DNA of 57,693 nucleotides from Acidobacteriota bacterium (GCA_023265015.1 JAHFUO010000012.1:1-57693), one strand, 5' to 3'. Counted from the first letter of the stretch, positions 9,627 to 20,531 are shown. The notes: a model not told the origin generated them from the sequence alone. Made by a program: numbers and translations.

Positions 9627-10415
9627 ATGCCAGGGTTACGCGTATTGGTCGTCGATGATGAGCAGCTCGCGCGCGAGGAGCTGTGTTATCAGCTCGAACA
9701 GCTGGGCAACGCCGAGGTCGTGGCGCAGGCCGGCAACGGGCTCGAAGCGATTGCCGCCGTCGAGCGGCACGAGCCGGACCTCGTGTTTCTCGATATCCAG
9801 ATGCCGGGGCTCACGGGCTTCGAGGTGGCGCGGCGCCTCCTCGAGCGCGACGAGGAGTCGCCCGCGCTGATCTTCGTCACGGCGTTCGATCAGCACGCGA
9901 TCGAAGCGTTCGAGGTGAACGCCGTCGATTACCTGCTGAAGCCGGTCGATGCGTCACGGCTCGAACAGGCGCTGCAACGGGCTCGAAAACGGCTCAGCTC
10001 GGAGCGGCCTCCCGGCAGCGCCCCGCTGAACGATCAGCTCGAGCGCATCGTCAAAATGATGGCCGGCCGGCAGGTCCGCCGCGAGCAGGTGGCGGTCAAG
10101 GTTGGCGAGCGGTTCCTGCTGGTCCAGGCCGACGACATCATCTATGCCTCGCTGGCCGACGAGTCGATTAACATAGTGACAGGCCAGGTAGCCGGAACCT
10201 CCAATCATCGGACGTTGGACGATCTGCAGGCGCGGCTCGACCCGGACGTGTTCTGGCGGGTCCACCGGTCGCACCTGGTCAACATCAACAAGATCAAGGA
10301 GATAGTCCCCTGGTTCAGCCGGAATTACATCCTGAGGATGAAAGACGCGAAGAGCACGGAGATCCCGGTCAGCCGCTCGCAGACGAAACGGCTCCGGGAG
10401 TACCTGAAGCTGTAG
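9627..10415 (+). CDS. LytTR/AlgR-family response regulator
   Basis: Receiver domain (VLVVDDE, LVFLDIQMPGL) and a LytTR DNA-binding C-terminus (RVHRSHLVNINKI). Confidence 0.9.
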   Translation: MPGLRVLVVDDEQLAREELCYQLEQLGNAEVVAQAGNGLEAIAAVERHEPDLVFLDIQMPGLTGFEVARRLLERDEESPALIFVTAFDQHAIEAFEVNAVDYLLKPVDASRLEQALQRARKRLSSERPPGSAPLNDQLERIVKMMAGRQVRREQVAVKVGERFLLVQADDIIYASLADESINIVTGQVAGTSNHRTLDDLQARLDPDVFWRVHRSHLVNINKIKEIVPWFSRNYILRMKDAKSTEIPVSRSQTKRLREYLKL

Positions 10416-10459
10416 ATCCGCCGCCGACCTCAGATGAGGCGTCCGCGTTCACGCTGAAC

Positions 10460-11104
10460 GTGCCGATCGAAGAGGCACTCGCGTCAATGGAGACCACTGT
10501 GCCCTCGCTGGAGGCTGCCACCCCCCGCCAAGCGCCCGACCTGCGCCTCGCGCTGGACGATCGCAGCGCGGCGATGATGCAGCAGATCAGCGTCTGGCGC
10601 GACGAGCTCGTCGCGTGGTTCAAGACGCTGTTCTCGGCTGCCGTCTATGCCACGCTGATCGTGACATTTGGGTTCCAGGTCGCGCGCGTCGAAGGCCTGA
10701 GCATGGCGCCCACGCTCGAAGATCAGGACCGCCTGATCGTCAACAAGTTCGTCTACCGCGTCAGCGCTCCGCGCCGCGGCGACATCGTGATGCTCTATTA
10801 CCCGCTCAACCCGGACAAATCGTTCGTGAAGCGGGTGATCGCGGAAGAAGGCGATACGGTTCGCATCGTCGATGGCCGCGTCTTCGTGAACGATGTGCCG
10901 ATGCGCGACGACTTCGTGGCGCCCGAGTTCCGCAGCCACGACGATTTCGGCCCCTCCGTCGTCCCCGAAGGCTATTACTTCGTGATGGGAGATCATCGGA
11001 ACAACAGCTCGGACAGCCGCCACTGGGGTTTCGTGCCGAAGAAGTACATCATCGGCAAGGTGCAGTTGCGCTGGTGGCCGATTCCGACCGCTCACGTGTT
11101 CTAA
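10460..11104 (+). CDS. lepB: signal peptidase I
   Basis: S26 motifs GLSMAPTL and GDHRNNSSDSRHWGFVP. Start uncertain: GTG 10460, ATG 10487 or ATG 10574. Confidence 0.85.
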   Translation: MPIEEALASMETTVPSLEAATPRQAPDLRLALDDRSAAMMQQISVWRDELVAWFKTLFSAAVYATLIVTFGFQVARVEGLSMAPTLEDQDRLIVNKFVYRVSAPRRGDIVMLYYPLNPDKSFVKRVIAEEGDTVRIVDGRVFVNDVPMRDDFVAPEFRSHDDFGPSVVPEGYYFVMGDHRNNSSDSRHWGFVPKKYIIGKVQLRWWPIPTAHVF

Positions 11105-11979
11105 CCGATCGGCATGCGTCGGTCGTCCGCGTTCTCCGCCGCGTTCTCATCCTGAACCTCGCCGTCTCGGCCGCGAAAATCGCGCTCGGCGCCTACACGG
11201 GCGCGATCTCGATCCTCTCCGACGGATTTCATTCGCTCAGCGACGCCGCCTCGAACGTCGTCGCGCTCGTCGGCGTCTCGGCCGCGCAGCGTCCGCCCGA
11301 CCGGGACCATCCGTACGGCCATCGCAAGTACGAGACGATGGCGTCGCTCGCCATCCTGGTCTTCATGATCATCGTGCTGGTTCAGATCTCGGAGACCGCG
11401 GTGGAGCGGCTGCGGCACGCCAGCACGCCGACGGTGCTGCCCGCCAGCGTCCTGGTGATGCTCGCGACGCTCGCCATGAACGTACTGGTCGTGCGCTACG
11501 AGTCGAGAGAAGGCCGGCGCCTGAACAGCCAGATCCTGGGCGCCGACGCGAAGCACACCCGAAGCGACGTGTGGACGGCGAGCGCGGTGCTCGCGGCGCT
11601 CGTCGGCGCGTGGCTCGGGTACCCGCGGCTGGATCCATTCGCCGGCCTGGTGGTGGCGGGCTTCGTCGGTCACGCCTGCTGGCAGATTGCGAGGGACGCC
11701 TCAGGCGTCCTGGCCGACCACATCGTCATCGCGGAAGAAGGCATCCGATCGGTGGTGGAGCCGACGCCCGGGGTGATCGGGTGCGAGAAGATTCGCACGC
11801 GCGGGCCGGCGGACAGCGTGTTCGTCGACCTGCACCTCTGGATCGATGGGCGGACGCCGCTTGGTGAAGCGCATGCGATCTCACATGTCGTGAAGGACCG
11901 GCTGATGGCGCGGTTCCCCCAGGTGGTCGACGTGGTCATCCATATCGAGCCTCCTCACGAAAACCCCAAACCCCAATAG
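11074..11979 (+). CDS. cation diffusion facilitator (CDF) metal efflux transporter
   Basis: SDGFHSLSDAASN and HPYGHRKYE motifs, C-terminal cytoplasmic domain. Only in-frame start near the TM1 region is GTG 11074, which overlaps the lepB end, so the start is uncertain. The last codons (HENPKPQ) lie in a heptamer array. Confidence 0.8.
   Translation: MADSDRSRVLTDRHASVVRVLRRVLILNLAVSAAKIALGAYTGAISILSDGFHSLSDAASNVVALVGVSAAQRPPDRDHPYGHRKYETMASLAILVFMIIVLVQISETAVERLRHASTPTVLPASVLVMLATLAMNVLVVRYESREGRRLNSQILGADAKHTRSDVWTASAVLAALVGAWLGYPRLDPFAGLVVAGFVGHACWQIARDASGVLADHIVIAEEGIRSVVEPTPGVIGCEKIRTRGPADSVFVDLHLWIDGRTPLGEAHAISHVVKDRLMARFPQVVDVVIHIEPPHENPKPQ
11956..11979. repeat. short heptamer array ending CAATAG (left flank of the A/T-richer island)
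   Basis: cacgaaaaccccaaaccccaatag. Compare with 14258-14304. Confidence 0.65.
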
Positions 11980-11997
11980 TTTTTAAGCCATTAGGTC

Positions 11998-12885
11998 ATG
12001 AAAAAATGTGTCTCGGTGGCTGTCCTCGACCTCGACAACACCCTTTTCGATTGGTTCAGCATCTGGTTCGCCTCCTTTGGCGCGATGCTCGACGTTCTAG
12101 TCGACCAGAGCGGCATAGATCGCCAGCAACTGACGTCCGACTTTCACTTGGTTCACCAACACCACCAAACGTCTGAATATGCCTTCTCAATTTCAGAGCT
12201 GCCATCGCTGCGATCTAAGCATCCTGACGCGGACCCGCGGGACCTATACCAGGACGCAATCGATGCCTTCCGTGCCGCCGAGTCGGCCAATATGCGGCTA
12301 AACCCCGGCGTAGCTGAGACTCTGAGATGTTTGAAGCGGGCGGGCGTGCTGTTGGTCGCCTACACAGAATCGTTGGAGTTCTACGCGTGCTACCGCCTTA
12401 TCAAGCTGGGTCTCGACGAGCAGATCGATTACTTGTATTCCCCTCCTGACCACGCGCTACCAGCCAACATGACACCGGATCAGATCCGACACTACCCTCC
12501 CTCGCACTACGTGCTGCGACACACCCAACGACGAAACACGCCGCGGGGTGAGCTAAAGCCGAACCCGCACCTTCTGAAACAGATCATCGAGGAAGTCGGG
12601 GGCACCATCGAATCAACGTTCTACGTGGGCGACAGCAAGATGAAGGACATCGCGATGGCGAACGCCGCCGGCGTGACCAGTGTTTGGGCGAAATACGGCG
12701 CATCACCGCCCACGCAGCAATACACGCTGTTGCAGCAGGTCACTCACTGGTCTCCCGAGGACGTAGCAAGGGAGGAGGCCATCAAGAACGGCACCGCAGG
12801 GAAAGACTTGATTCCGAGCGTCACCCTCAGAAATACGTTCGACGAACTCCTGGCTCACTTCGAGTTTTCGAGGCACTCCGCATGA
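11998..12885 (+). CDS. HAD-superfamily hydrolase
   Basis: Motif I VLDLDNTLFDW and motif IV-like YVGDSKMKDI. Visibly lower G+C than the flanks. Confidence 0.75.
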   Translation: MKKCVSVAVLDLDNTLFDWFSIWFASFGAMLDVLVDQSGIDRQQLTSDFHLVHQHHQTSEYAFSISELPSLRSKHPDADPRDLYQDAIDAFRAAESANMRLNPGVAETLRCLKRAGVLLVAYTESLEFYACYRLIKLGLDEQIDYLYSPPDHALPANMTPDQIRHYPPSHYVLRHTQRRNTPRGELKPNPHLLKQIIEEVGGTIESTFYVGDSKMKDIAMANAAGVTSVWAKYGASPPTQQYTLLQQVTHWSPEDVAREEAIKNGTAGKDLIPSVTLRNTFDELLAHFEFSRHSA

Positions 12886-12993
12886 GCGACTTTACGTTTG
12901 CGGGGCTCACGGTCGAAGAAAGTCGCCGCGGTCAGCCAAGTCCGGCCGCTGCTTCGCTCATGTGCGGTTTACAATCGAATCGGAGAAAAACAG

Positions 12994-13923
12994 GTGAAAC
13001 ACGCTGAGGACGCGCAGAACAGCCCCATCGTCTGGAAGAGCGATGATGGCAAGTCTCAGTTGCACAACGTCGACTGTCTCGAGTTCATGGAGCGCCTGCC
13101 GGCCGACAGCATCGACTGCATCTGGACGGACCCGCCGTATCTGCTTTCGAACGATGGAATCACCTGCGTGGCGGGGCGCATGGTCAAGGTCAACAAGGGT
13201 GAGTGGGACCGCAGCCGTGGCGTTGACCTGGACCATGAGTTCAACCGGACATGGCTGGCGGCCTGTCATCGCGTTCTGAAGCCCGCTGGCGCGATTTGGG
13301 TAAGTGGCACCTTACACGTCTACCTGAGCGTCGGCATGGCGATGCAGCAGCTAGGATTCCGCATTTTGAACGACATCGTTTGGGAGAAACCTGCCCCCCC
13401 TCCAAACCTCGGCTGCCGCTGCTTCACCCACTCGACCGAGATCTTGCTCTGGGCGACGAAGGCGAAGAAGGGGAGCAAGGATAGGCACACATTCAACTAC
13501 GAGGCAATGAAGGAGGAGAACGCCGGCAAGCAGATGAAGAGCGTGTGGCGCTTCTCGACGCCGAGCGACGAAGAAAAGCGACTCGGGAAGCACCCAACTC
13601 AGAAACCGATTGCTCTCATTGCTCGGTGCCTTCGTGCAACGACAGATCCTGGGGACTTGGTTTTCGACCCGTTCTCAGGGTCCGGTTCGACCGGTGTGGC
13701 TGCAATGAAGTTGGGGCGTCATTTCGTGGGGTGCGAACAGGACCAGACCTGCGCGGCCCTTGCTGCCCGCCGGCTGAACGAGGCGGCCCCCGGTGAGATC
13801 GCAGATACCAACGCCACTTCGGCTTCCGGTCTGCGGGGCCGGCAGCAAGCTCTGTCGCGAAAGCCTAGGTCGCGTGGATCGCGCCGAGGCCCTCATTCGG
13901 CTCAAGACGCTCATCGGCTTTGA
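12994..13923 (+). CDS. beta-class N4-cytosine/N6-adenine DNA methyltransferase
   Basis: Motif IV TDPPY precedes motif I FDPFSGSGSTG (N6_N4_Mtase, PF01555-type order). GTG 12994 with GGAG 8 nt upstream. The 3' tail overlaps the next ORF. Confidence 0.85.
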   Translation: MKHAEDAQNSPIVWKSDDGKSQLHNVDCLEFMERLPADSIDCIWTDPPYLLSNDGITCVAGRMVKVNKGEWDRSRGVDLDHEFNRTWLAACHRVLKPAGAIWVSGTLHVYLSVGMAMQQLGFRILNDIVWEKPAPPPNLGCRCFTHSTEILLWATKAKKGSKDRHTFNYEAMKEENAGKQMKSVWRFSTPSDEEKRLGKHPTQKPIALIARCLRATTDPGDLVFDPFSGSGSTGVAAMKLGRHFVGCEQDQTCAALAARRLNEAAPGEIADTNATSASGLRGRQQALSRKPRSRGSRRGPHSAQDAHRL

Positions 13924-14236
13924 CCTTGTTGATCTTGGCACGCGGTCGGGTGTCACAATTTGGAAGGGCGAGCGCATCAACAAGGGCTGGGCCGGCCACA
14001 CAATCGAGCGGCATCTCGGCCTGCCTTTGAATTCGTCCCGGTCGCCTCACTTCGGCTCTTGGGAACTGAAGGTCGTCCCTGTTCGACGGCTCCCTGATGG
14101 CACCATCCATCACCTCAGCGGATCAATGGGTGCGCTCGTGCAACCGCGCACCAAAGGACCGGGTCACGGCAGCACATCGCGGGCGTTCTACGCGCGATCG
14201 AGAACGGTCGCGAGAATTCTCGGCGTCACGGCCTGA
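13874..14236 (+). pseudogene. decayed MvaI/BcnI/MutH-like restriction endonuclease (N-terminal half only)
   Basis: INKGWAGHTIERHLGLPLNSSRSPHFGSWELKVVP resembles the G-x-x-G-x-x-x-E-R/LG...D-x4-E-x-K core of BcnI/MvaI (MutH-like). His sits where the catalytic Asp is expected. The ORF ends about 45 aa after ELK, whereas family members are about 230-250 aa. Confidence 0.55.
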
Positions 14237-14263
14237 TAGAGGCGGCGACCTCACCGCCACGCG

Positions 14264-14304
14264 AAAATCCCAAATCCCAAAGCCCAAATCCCAAACCTCA
14301 ATAG
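14264..14304. repeat. one-armed heptamer array (AAATCCC units) ending CAATAG (right flank of the island)
   Basis: aaaatcc caaatcc caaagcc caaatcc caaacct caatag. Contains the stop codon of the convergent dehydrogenase gene. Confidence 0.75.
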
Positions 14305-15281
14305 CCGGCTTCCACATCGACGACGTTCAGCAGCGTATCGCCGCGCTCGTAGCGTCGCAGGTTTTCTGAAAAGAGATCGATGACCGCATCGAAGTGATCT
14401 GTGCGGAAGCCGGACGTGTGCGGCGTGACGATGACGTTCGGCATGGACCAGAGCGGGCTGTCGGGCGGCAGCGGCTCCGTCGTGAAGACGTCGAGCACGG
14501 CGCCTCCCAGCTTCCCGCTGGCCAACGCCTCCGCCAGCGCCGCTTCGTCGACGAGTTGACCGCGCGCGACATTGATCACCACCGCGCCAGGCTTCATCCT
14601 CGCGAGCGCCGCCGCGTCGAGAATCCGATCGGTGCCGCTCGTCCATGGCGCGGCGAGCACCAGGACGTCGGCGGCCGTGAGGATGCGATCCAGGCCCGAT
14701 CGACCGACCACTTCGTCCACGCCCGCCGGGTCGTTGCGGCCGGGATTCCGCCGCATCCCGATCACGCGCATGCCGAAGGCTTTGGCGCGCGTGGCAATCG
14801 CCTGCCCGAGGGTGCCAAGGCCAATCACGCCCAGCGTCTTGCCCGCGACGAGCCACGGCGAGGCCGCGCCCGTCATCTGGTCCGGCAGCCAGACGCGCTG
14901 GTCCTGGTCGCGCAGCGCCCGCGGCAGGCGCCGCGCGAGCGCGAGCAGGCACCCCATCACGTGCTCGGCGATCGGCGTTGATTGGACGCCGCGCGAGTTG
15001 GTCACCGTGATTTCCCTTGCGGCAAGGTCACCAAGCGGAAAATGCCCAACGGCGTGCGCCGAGCCGTGCAGCCACCGGAGCCGCACGGCGCGAGCCACCG
15101 CTTCCTTGCCCATCCCCAGGGCAAAGACGATGTCGGCGTCCGGCGCCAGCGTCAGATCGGAATCGCGACTGAGGGAGTGAAGAAACGTGACGTGAGGGAA
15201 CCGCGCGCGAAGCTGCTCGACGTGCGTCGCGGGAATCGTCCATGCGACAACTCGATGATGGATGGCGACGAGAACGTTCAT
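14298..15281 (-). CDS. D-isomer-specific 2-hydroxyacid dehydrogenase (NAD-binding)
   Basis: [13 protein letters not shown] Rossmann motif, catalytic-domain pattern, ATGA overlap with moaC. Confidence 0.85.
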   Translation of the reverse strand: MNVLVAIHHRVVAWTIPATHVEQLRARFPHVTFLHSLSRDSDLTLAPDADIVFALGMGKEAVARAVRLRWLHGSAHAVGHFPLGDLAAREITVTNSRGVQSTPIAEHVMGCLLALARRLPRALRDQDQRVWLPDQMTGAASPWLVAGKTLGVIGLGTLGQAIATRAKAFGMRVIGMRRNPGRNDPAGVDEVVGRSGLDRILTAADVLVLAAPWTSGTDRILDAAALARMKPGAVVINVARGQLVDEAALAEALASGKLGGAVLDVFTTEPLPPDSPLWSMPNVIVTPHTSGFRTDHFDAVIDLFSENLRRYERGDTLLNVVDVEAGY

Positions 15282-15835
15282 CGCCGGACGTAGTGGCCGG
15301 ATCGTCCTCCGCTCTTCTCCACCAGCCTGATGTCGCCGATGACCATGCTCCTGTCGACCGCTTTCACCATGTCGTAGATCGTCAACGCGGCGACCGACAC
15401 GGCCGTGAGCGCCTCCATCTCGACGCCCGTCTGGGCGCTCGTGCGGACGCGCGCTTCGATCTCGTACCCGCGTCGCGTCGGCGTGAGCTCGACGCTGACG
15501 TGGCTGAGCGGGAGCGGATGACAGAGCGGCACGAGCGTGGACGTCTGCTTGGCCGCCATGATGCCGGCCAGCCGCGCCGCCTGCAGGGGATCGCCTTTGG
15601 CCACCTCTCCGCGGCGAATCTGCCGCAGCGCCGCCTGGGTCATCGTGATCGCGCCGCGGGCAACGGCCTCGCGCGCGGTGACGGGCTTCGCGCCCACATC
15701 GACCATCTTCACGCGGCCGCGGGCATCGAGGTGCGACAGCTCTGAAGACGCCCGCGGGGCGGACCTTCCAGGTCCGCCCTTCGGCGAGCTCAGGGCGCCC
15801 CGAGGTTTTCGAGGGGCGCGGCTCTTAGCCATCAA
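15278..15835 (-). CDS. moaC: cyclic pyranopterin monophosphate synthase MoaC
   Basis: KMVDVGAKP..., [10 protein letters not shown]-like [23 protein letters not shown] motifs. Confidence 0.9.
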   Translation of the reverse strand: MMAKSRAPRKPRGALSSPKGGPGRSAPRASSELSHLDARGRVKMVDVGAKPVTAREAVARGAITMTQAALRQIRRGEVAKGDPLQAARLAGIMAAKQTSTLVPLCHPLPLSHVSVELTPTRRGYEIEARVRTSAQTGVEMEALTAVSVAALTIYDMVKAVDRSMVIGDIRLVEKSGGRSGHYVRR

Positions 15836-16516
15836 TCTCCCCCTGCGCGAGATAGAACGACAGGCTCTCGAGCGACACCGTCAGATCCACGCTCTTGAGC
15901 TTCACATCCTCAGGCACATGGAGCGCGCCTGGTGAAAAGTTGAGAATGCCCTTGATTCCGGCGGCGACGACCTGGTCGACGACCAGCTGCGCGTGCGGCG
16001 CGGGGACCGCGATCACCGAAATGTCGAGCCGTTCGCGCCGCGCGATCCGCTTCAGCTCCTTGATGTCGTGGATGGGAACGCCGCCGCGCGAGTGCTGGCC
16101 GATCTTCTCGCGGGCCGCATCGAAGAGCGCGGCAATCTCGAAGCCTTCCTGCCGGAACCCGGGATAGTCCGCCAGCGCGAGCCCGAGGTTGCCGGCACCG
16201 ACGATGGCCACGCGCAGCTTTCGATCGAGCCCCAGGATCTGGCGGAGGTGGCGCCGCAGCTCCTTCACGTAGTACCCGACGCCGCGGACGCCGAACTCGC
16301 CGAAGTACGCCAGATCCTTCCGGATCTGCGCCGCGTTCAGCTGGAACTGTTCCGCGAGCGCCTGCGACGAGATCGTCTGAACGCCGTTGGCATCGAGCTC
16401 GTGCAGACACCGCAAGTAGATCGACAGGCGGTTGGTCGTGAGCTCGGAGACCTGATCGGGCGCCTGCCTGCGCTTGTTCGGCCGATTCACAAGGTTCAAT
16501 GCTACCATCACGCGCC

Positions 16517-16523
<7 letters not shown>
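15825..16523 (-). CDS. rex: redox-sensing transcriptional repressor Rex
   Basis: [12 protein letters not shown]...ISSQALAE wHTH and GAGNLG Rossmann. The 5' end is uncertain (GTG 16523, ATG 16508, GTG 16493) because it would overlap the divergent OPT start. Confidence 0.85.
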
Positions 16524-18502
<1,979 letters not shown>

Positions 18503-18506
18503 ATAT

Positions 18507-19667
18507 GTGACCGGTCCAACCACGAAAGCACGAAGACTTCGAAGGTCACGAACGTACATTTGGTTGTTCGTGGTCTTCGGGATTTTCGTGTCTTCGTGGT
18601 CTGGACAGAACAGTGTCGGTGCCCAGACCGCCGCGCGCCGGCTGACCACGCTCGACGCCCTCCGCAGGTTCTCCGGCTACTTTCATCTCCAGTACGTCGT
18701 CCTGCGCGGCGAGTTCGCCGAAGCGGGCACTCGCGTCGTCTTCCGCGGCGGCGACAACGAGATGCAGGTCATGCTGAACGACGCGAGCGCAACGCCGGGG
18801 CCGGTCGAAATGCGCGCGCAGTTGATCGATGTCGGGCGCCTCACAACTACCGACCCGCGGCTCGCGCGCTACGAGAATCGTCCCGACCCTGAGCACTGGC
18901 CGATGCCCGGCGATGAGCTGCTGCTCAGCGTCTCCAGCGTCGCCAGCGCGGAGCCGACCGCGACACCCACGATCCGCGCGCTGACGCTCGAGCCATGGCG
19001 CTTCGAGGGGCAGTCCGTGACGGTGACCGGCCAGTTCGGAGGACGCAACCTGTTCGGCGATCTCCCGGCGGCGCTGGCGAAAGACAAATACGATTTCGTG
19101 CTGCGCGGCACCGAAGGCGCCGTGTGGGTGACCGGACTCCGGCCGAAGGGCAAGGGGTTCGATCTGAATGTCGACGCGCGGGTCGACACGAATCACTGGG
19201 TCGAGGTGACAGGCACCGTCAAGCGCGAACGCGGACTGGTCATGCTGCAGGCCCGGACGATCGTCGCGGCGTCGGCGCCCGCGAGAAAGGTGGTCATCGA
19301 GGAGGCGCCACCACCACCGAAAGAACCCGGCGAGGTCGTCTTCAGCTCGCCTACTGATGGTGAGACGGACGTGTCCGCCGGCAGCCCCATCCGCGTGCAG
19401 TTTTCACGCGGCATCGATCCGCCGACGCTCACCGGGCATCTGCGAATCGGCTACGTGGGGGCTCCGCCGGCAGCGGCATCGGGTCCGCCGGCGACAATCG
19501 AGGTGCGGACGTCCTATGACTTCGGTACGCGGGCAGTGGAGATCAAGTTCTCGAAGCCGCTCGAGGCGTACCGGACGGTGAAGGTGGAACTCCTCGACGG
19601 CGTAAAAACCTTCGACGGCGCGCCCATCAAGCCCTGGACGCTGACCTTCTCCGTCGGCGCGAATTAG
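18507..19667 (+). CDS. hypothetical secreted protein with a C-terminal Ig-like (SbsA_Ig-type) domain
   Basis: ORF from GTG 18507. Predicted signal peptide TKARRLRRSRTYIWLFVVFGIFVSSWSGQNSVGA. C-terminal VVFSSPTDGETDVSAGSPIRVQFSRGIDP Ig-like motif. Start uncertain. Confidence 0.6.
   Translation: MTGPTTKARRLRRSRTYIWLFVVFGIFVSSWSGQNSVGAQTAARRLTTLDALRRFSGYFHLQYVVLRGEFAEAGTRVVFRGGDNEMQVMLNDASATPGPVEMRAQLIDVGRLTTTDPRLARYENRPDPEHWPMPGDELLLSVSSVASAEPTATPTIRALTLEPWRFEGQSVTVTGQFGGRNLFGDLPAALAKDKYDFVLRGTEGAVWVTGLRPKGKGFDLNVDARVDTNHWVEVTGTVKRERGLVMLQARTIVAASAPARKVVIEEAPPPPKEPGEVVFSSPTDGETDVSAGSPIRVQFSRGIDPPTLTGHLRIGYVGAPPAAASGPPATIEVRTSYDFGTRAVEIKFSKPLEAYRTVKVELLDGVKTFDGAPIKPWTLTFSVGAN
18518..18600. repeat. 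oligomer-array hairpin, family C
   Basis: Left aaccacgaaagcacgaagacttcgaaggtcacgaacg. Right ttgttcgtggtcttcgggattttcgtgtcttcgtggt. Lies inside the predicted 5' end of the next CDS. Confidence 0.8.
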
Positions 19668-19726
19668 GCGGGGCGTAAAGCCCCGCCCTACGGCGTAGAG
19701 CGTAGGGCGGCCCTTTACGGGCCGCC
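19667..19726 (+). terminator. three abutting GC-rich stem-loops after the stop codon (REP/terminator-like)
   Basis: ggcggggc-gtaaa-gccccgcc; ccctacg-gcgtagag-cgtaggg; ggcggccc-tttac-gggccgcc. No U-tract. Confidence 0.4.
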
Positions 19727-19802
19727 TCCGGCGCATGTGCGCTACCAGATGAACTTCTTTGCCCGAGCGGCGCTGGCCCTCGTGTGCCTCGCAGGGATCG
19801 CC

Positions 19803-19823
19803 TAGGCGCGCGAAGCGCGCCTA
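19803..19823. other. perfect 9-bp stem / GAA-loop hairpin
   Basis: taggcgcgc-gaa-gcgcgccta. Confidence 0.5.
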
Positions 19824-19837
19824 AGAGATACTGTTCA

Positions 19838-19887
19838 ACCAGTCAAGGGCTCTGCCGAGATATCAAGGGCAGAGCCCTTGGCTGGTT
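19838..19887. terminator. 19-bp stem hairpin (one mismatch) in a convergent spacer
   Basis: accagtcaagggctctgcc / ggcagagcccttggctggt, followed on + by ttgtcttgtt. Could terminate either convergent gene. Confidence 0.45.
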
Positions 19888-19930
19888 TGTCTTGTTACCG
19901 CTGCTGCGTAGCGCTCGATAGGCCGCTGGA

Positions 19931-20407
19931 TTATTTCGTGTTGCCCACGGGTCCGATGACCTGCTGCTGGTTCGCAAACTGAAGCCAGATTGACACGCGA
20001 GGTTCCGTGCCGACGTTCGCCGTCGTGTGCCCCTTGCCCGTCAGGTCATCGATGTATTCGATCGCCCCGGCGGGCAAATCGACTTTGCCTTCCGCAACCT
20101 GGAGTTGCCCGCCCCCCGTCAGATTGATGATGTACCGGCGCTCGGGACCGACATGATAATCGCTGAAGCTTCCGGGCTGGGACACACTCACCCGTGCCCC
20201 CGTGATTTTCTCCATCACGGACTGCGCGTTCAGTTCGATATTTTCCACGTGGGACCGGCCATCGGTACCCGTGTAGACCCGCTGCATCATGAAGGGCTTG
20301 TGCGGTGCCTGAGCCTCGACGACGCCCCGATCGCCTTTGACCGCCCACCCGAGACCGAATCCGACCACGAACGCTCCACCGACCAGCAATCTCGTCGTTG
20401 ACTTCAT
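19931..20407 (-). CDS. hypothetical small secreted beta-rich (cupin-like?) protein
   Basis: MKSTTRLLVGGAFVVGFGLGWAV signal/anchor. No recognised catalytic motif. A/T-richer than the surroundings. Confidence 0.55.
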   Translation of the reverse strand: MKSTTRLLVGGAFVVGFGLGWAVKGDRGVVEAQAPHKPFMMQRVYTGTDGRSHVENIELNAQSVMEKITGARVSVSQPGSFSDYHVGPERRYIINLTGGGQLQVAEGKVDLPAGAIEYIDDLTGKGHTTANVGTEPRVSIWLQFANQQQVIGPVGNTK

Positions 20408-20430
20408 CTGGCGTCCCTCACGTTGAAAAG

Positions 20431-20445
20431 GGGAACAGGGTTCCC
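20431..20445 (-). terminator. short hairpin followed by CTTTTC on the minus strand, downstream of the VWA gene
   Basis: gggaac-agg-gttccc. The minus strand then reads cttttcaacg. Confidence 0.3.
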
Positions 20446-20531
20446 GTGTCATCCCGCTCAGGGGTAATCGCGAAGCCTCGGCGTCCCGTGCTTCCACTCC
20501 GGATGGACCGTATATCCATCACGGGAGTTCT

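Noticed and set aside
14097-14369. + strand ORF tested as a frameshifted continuation of the endonuclease remnant.
   Set aside because: Its translation (…RSCNRAPKDRVTAAHRGRSTRDRERSREF…) is not protein-like. It runs into the heptamer array and the antisense of the dehydrogenase gene. No frame restores an MvaI/BcnI-like C-terminal half.
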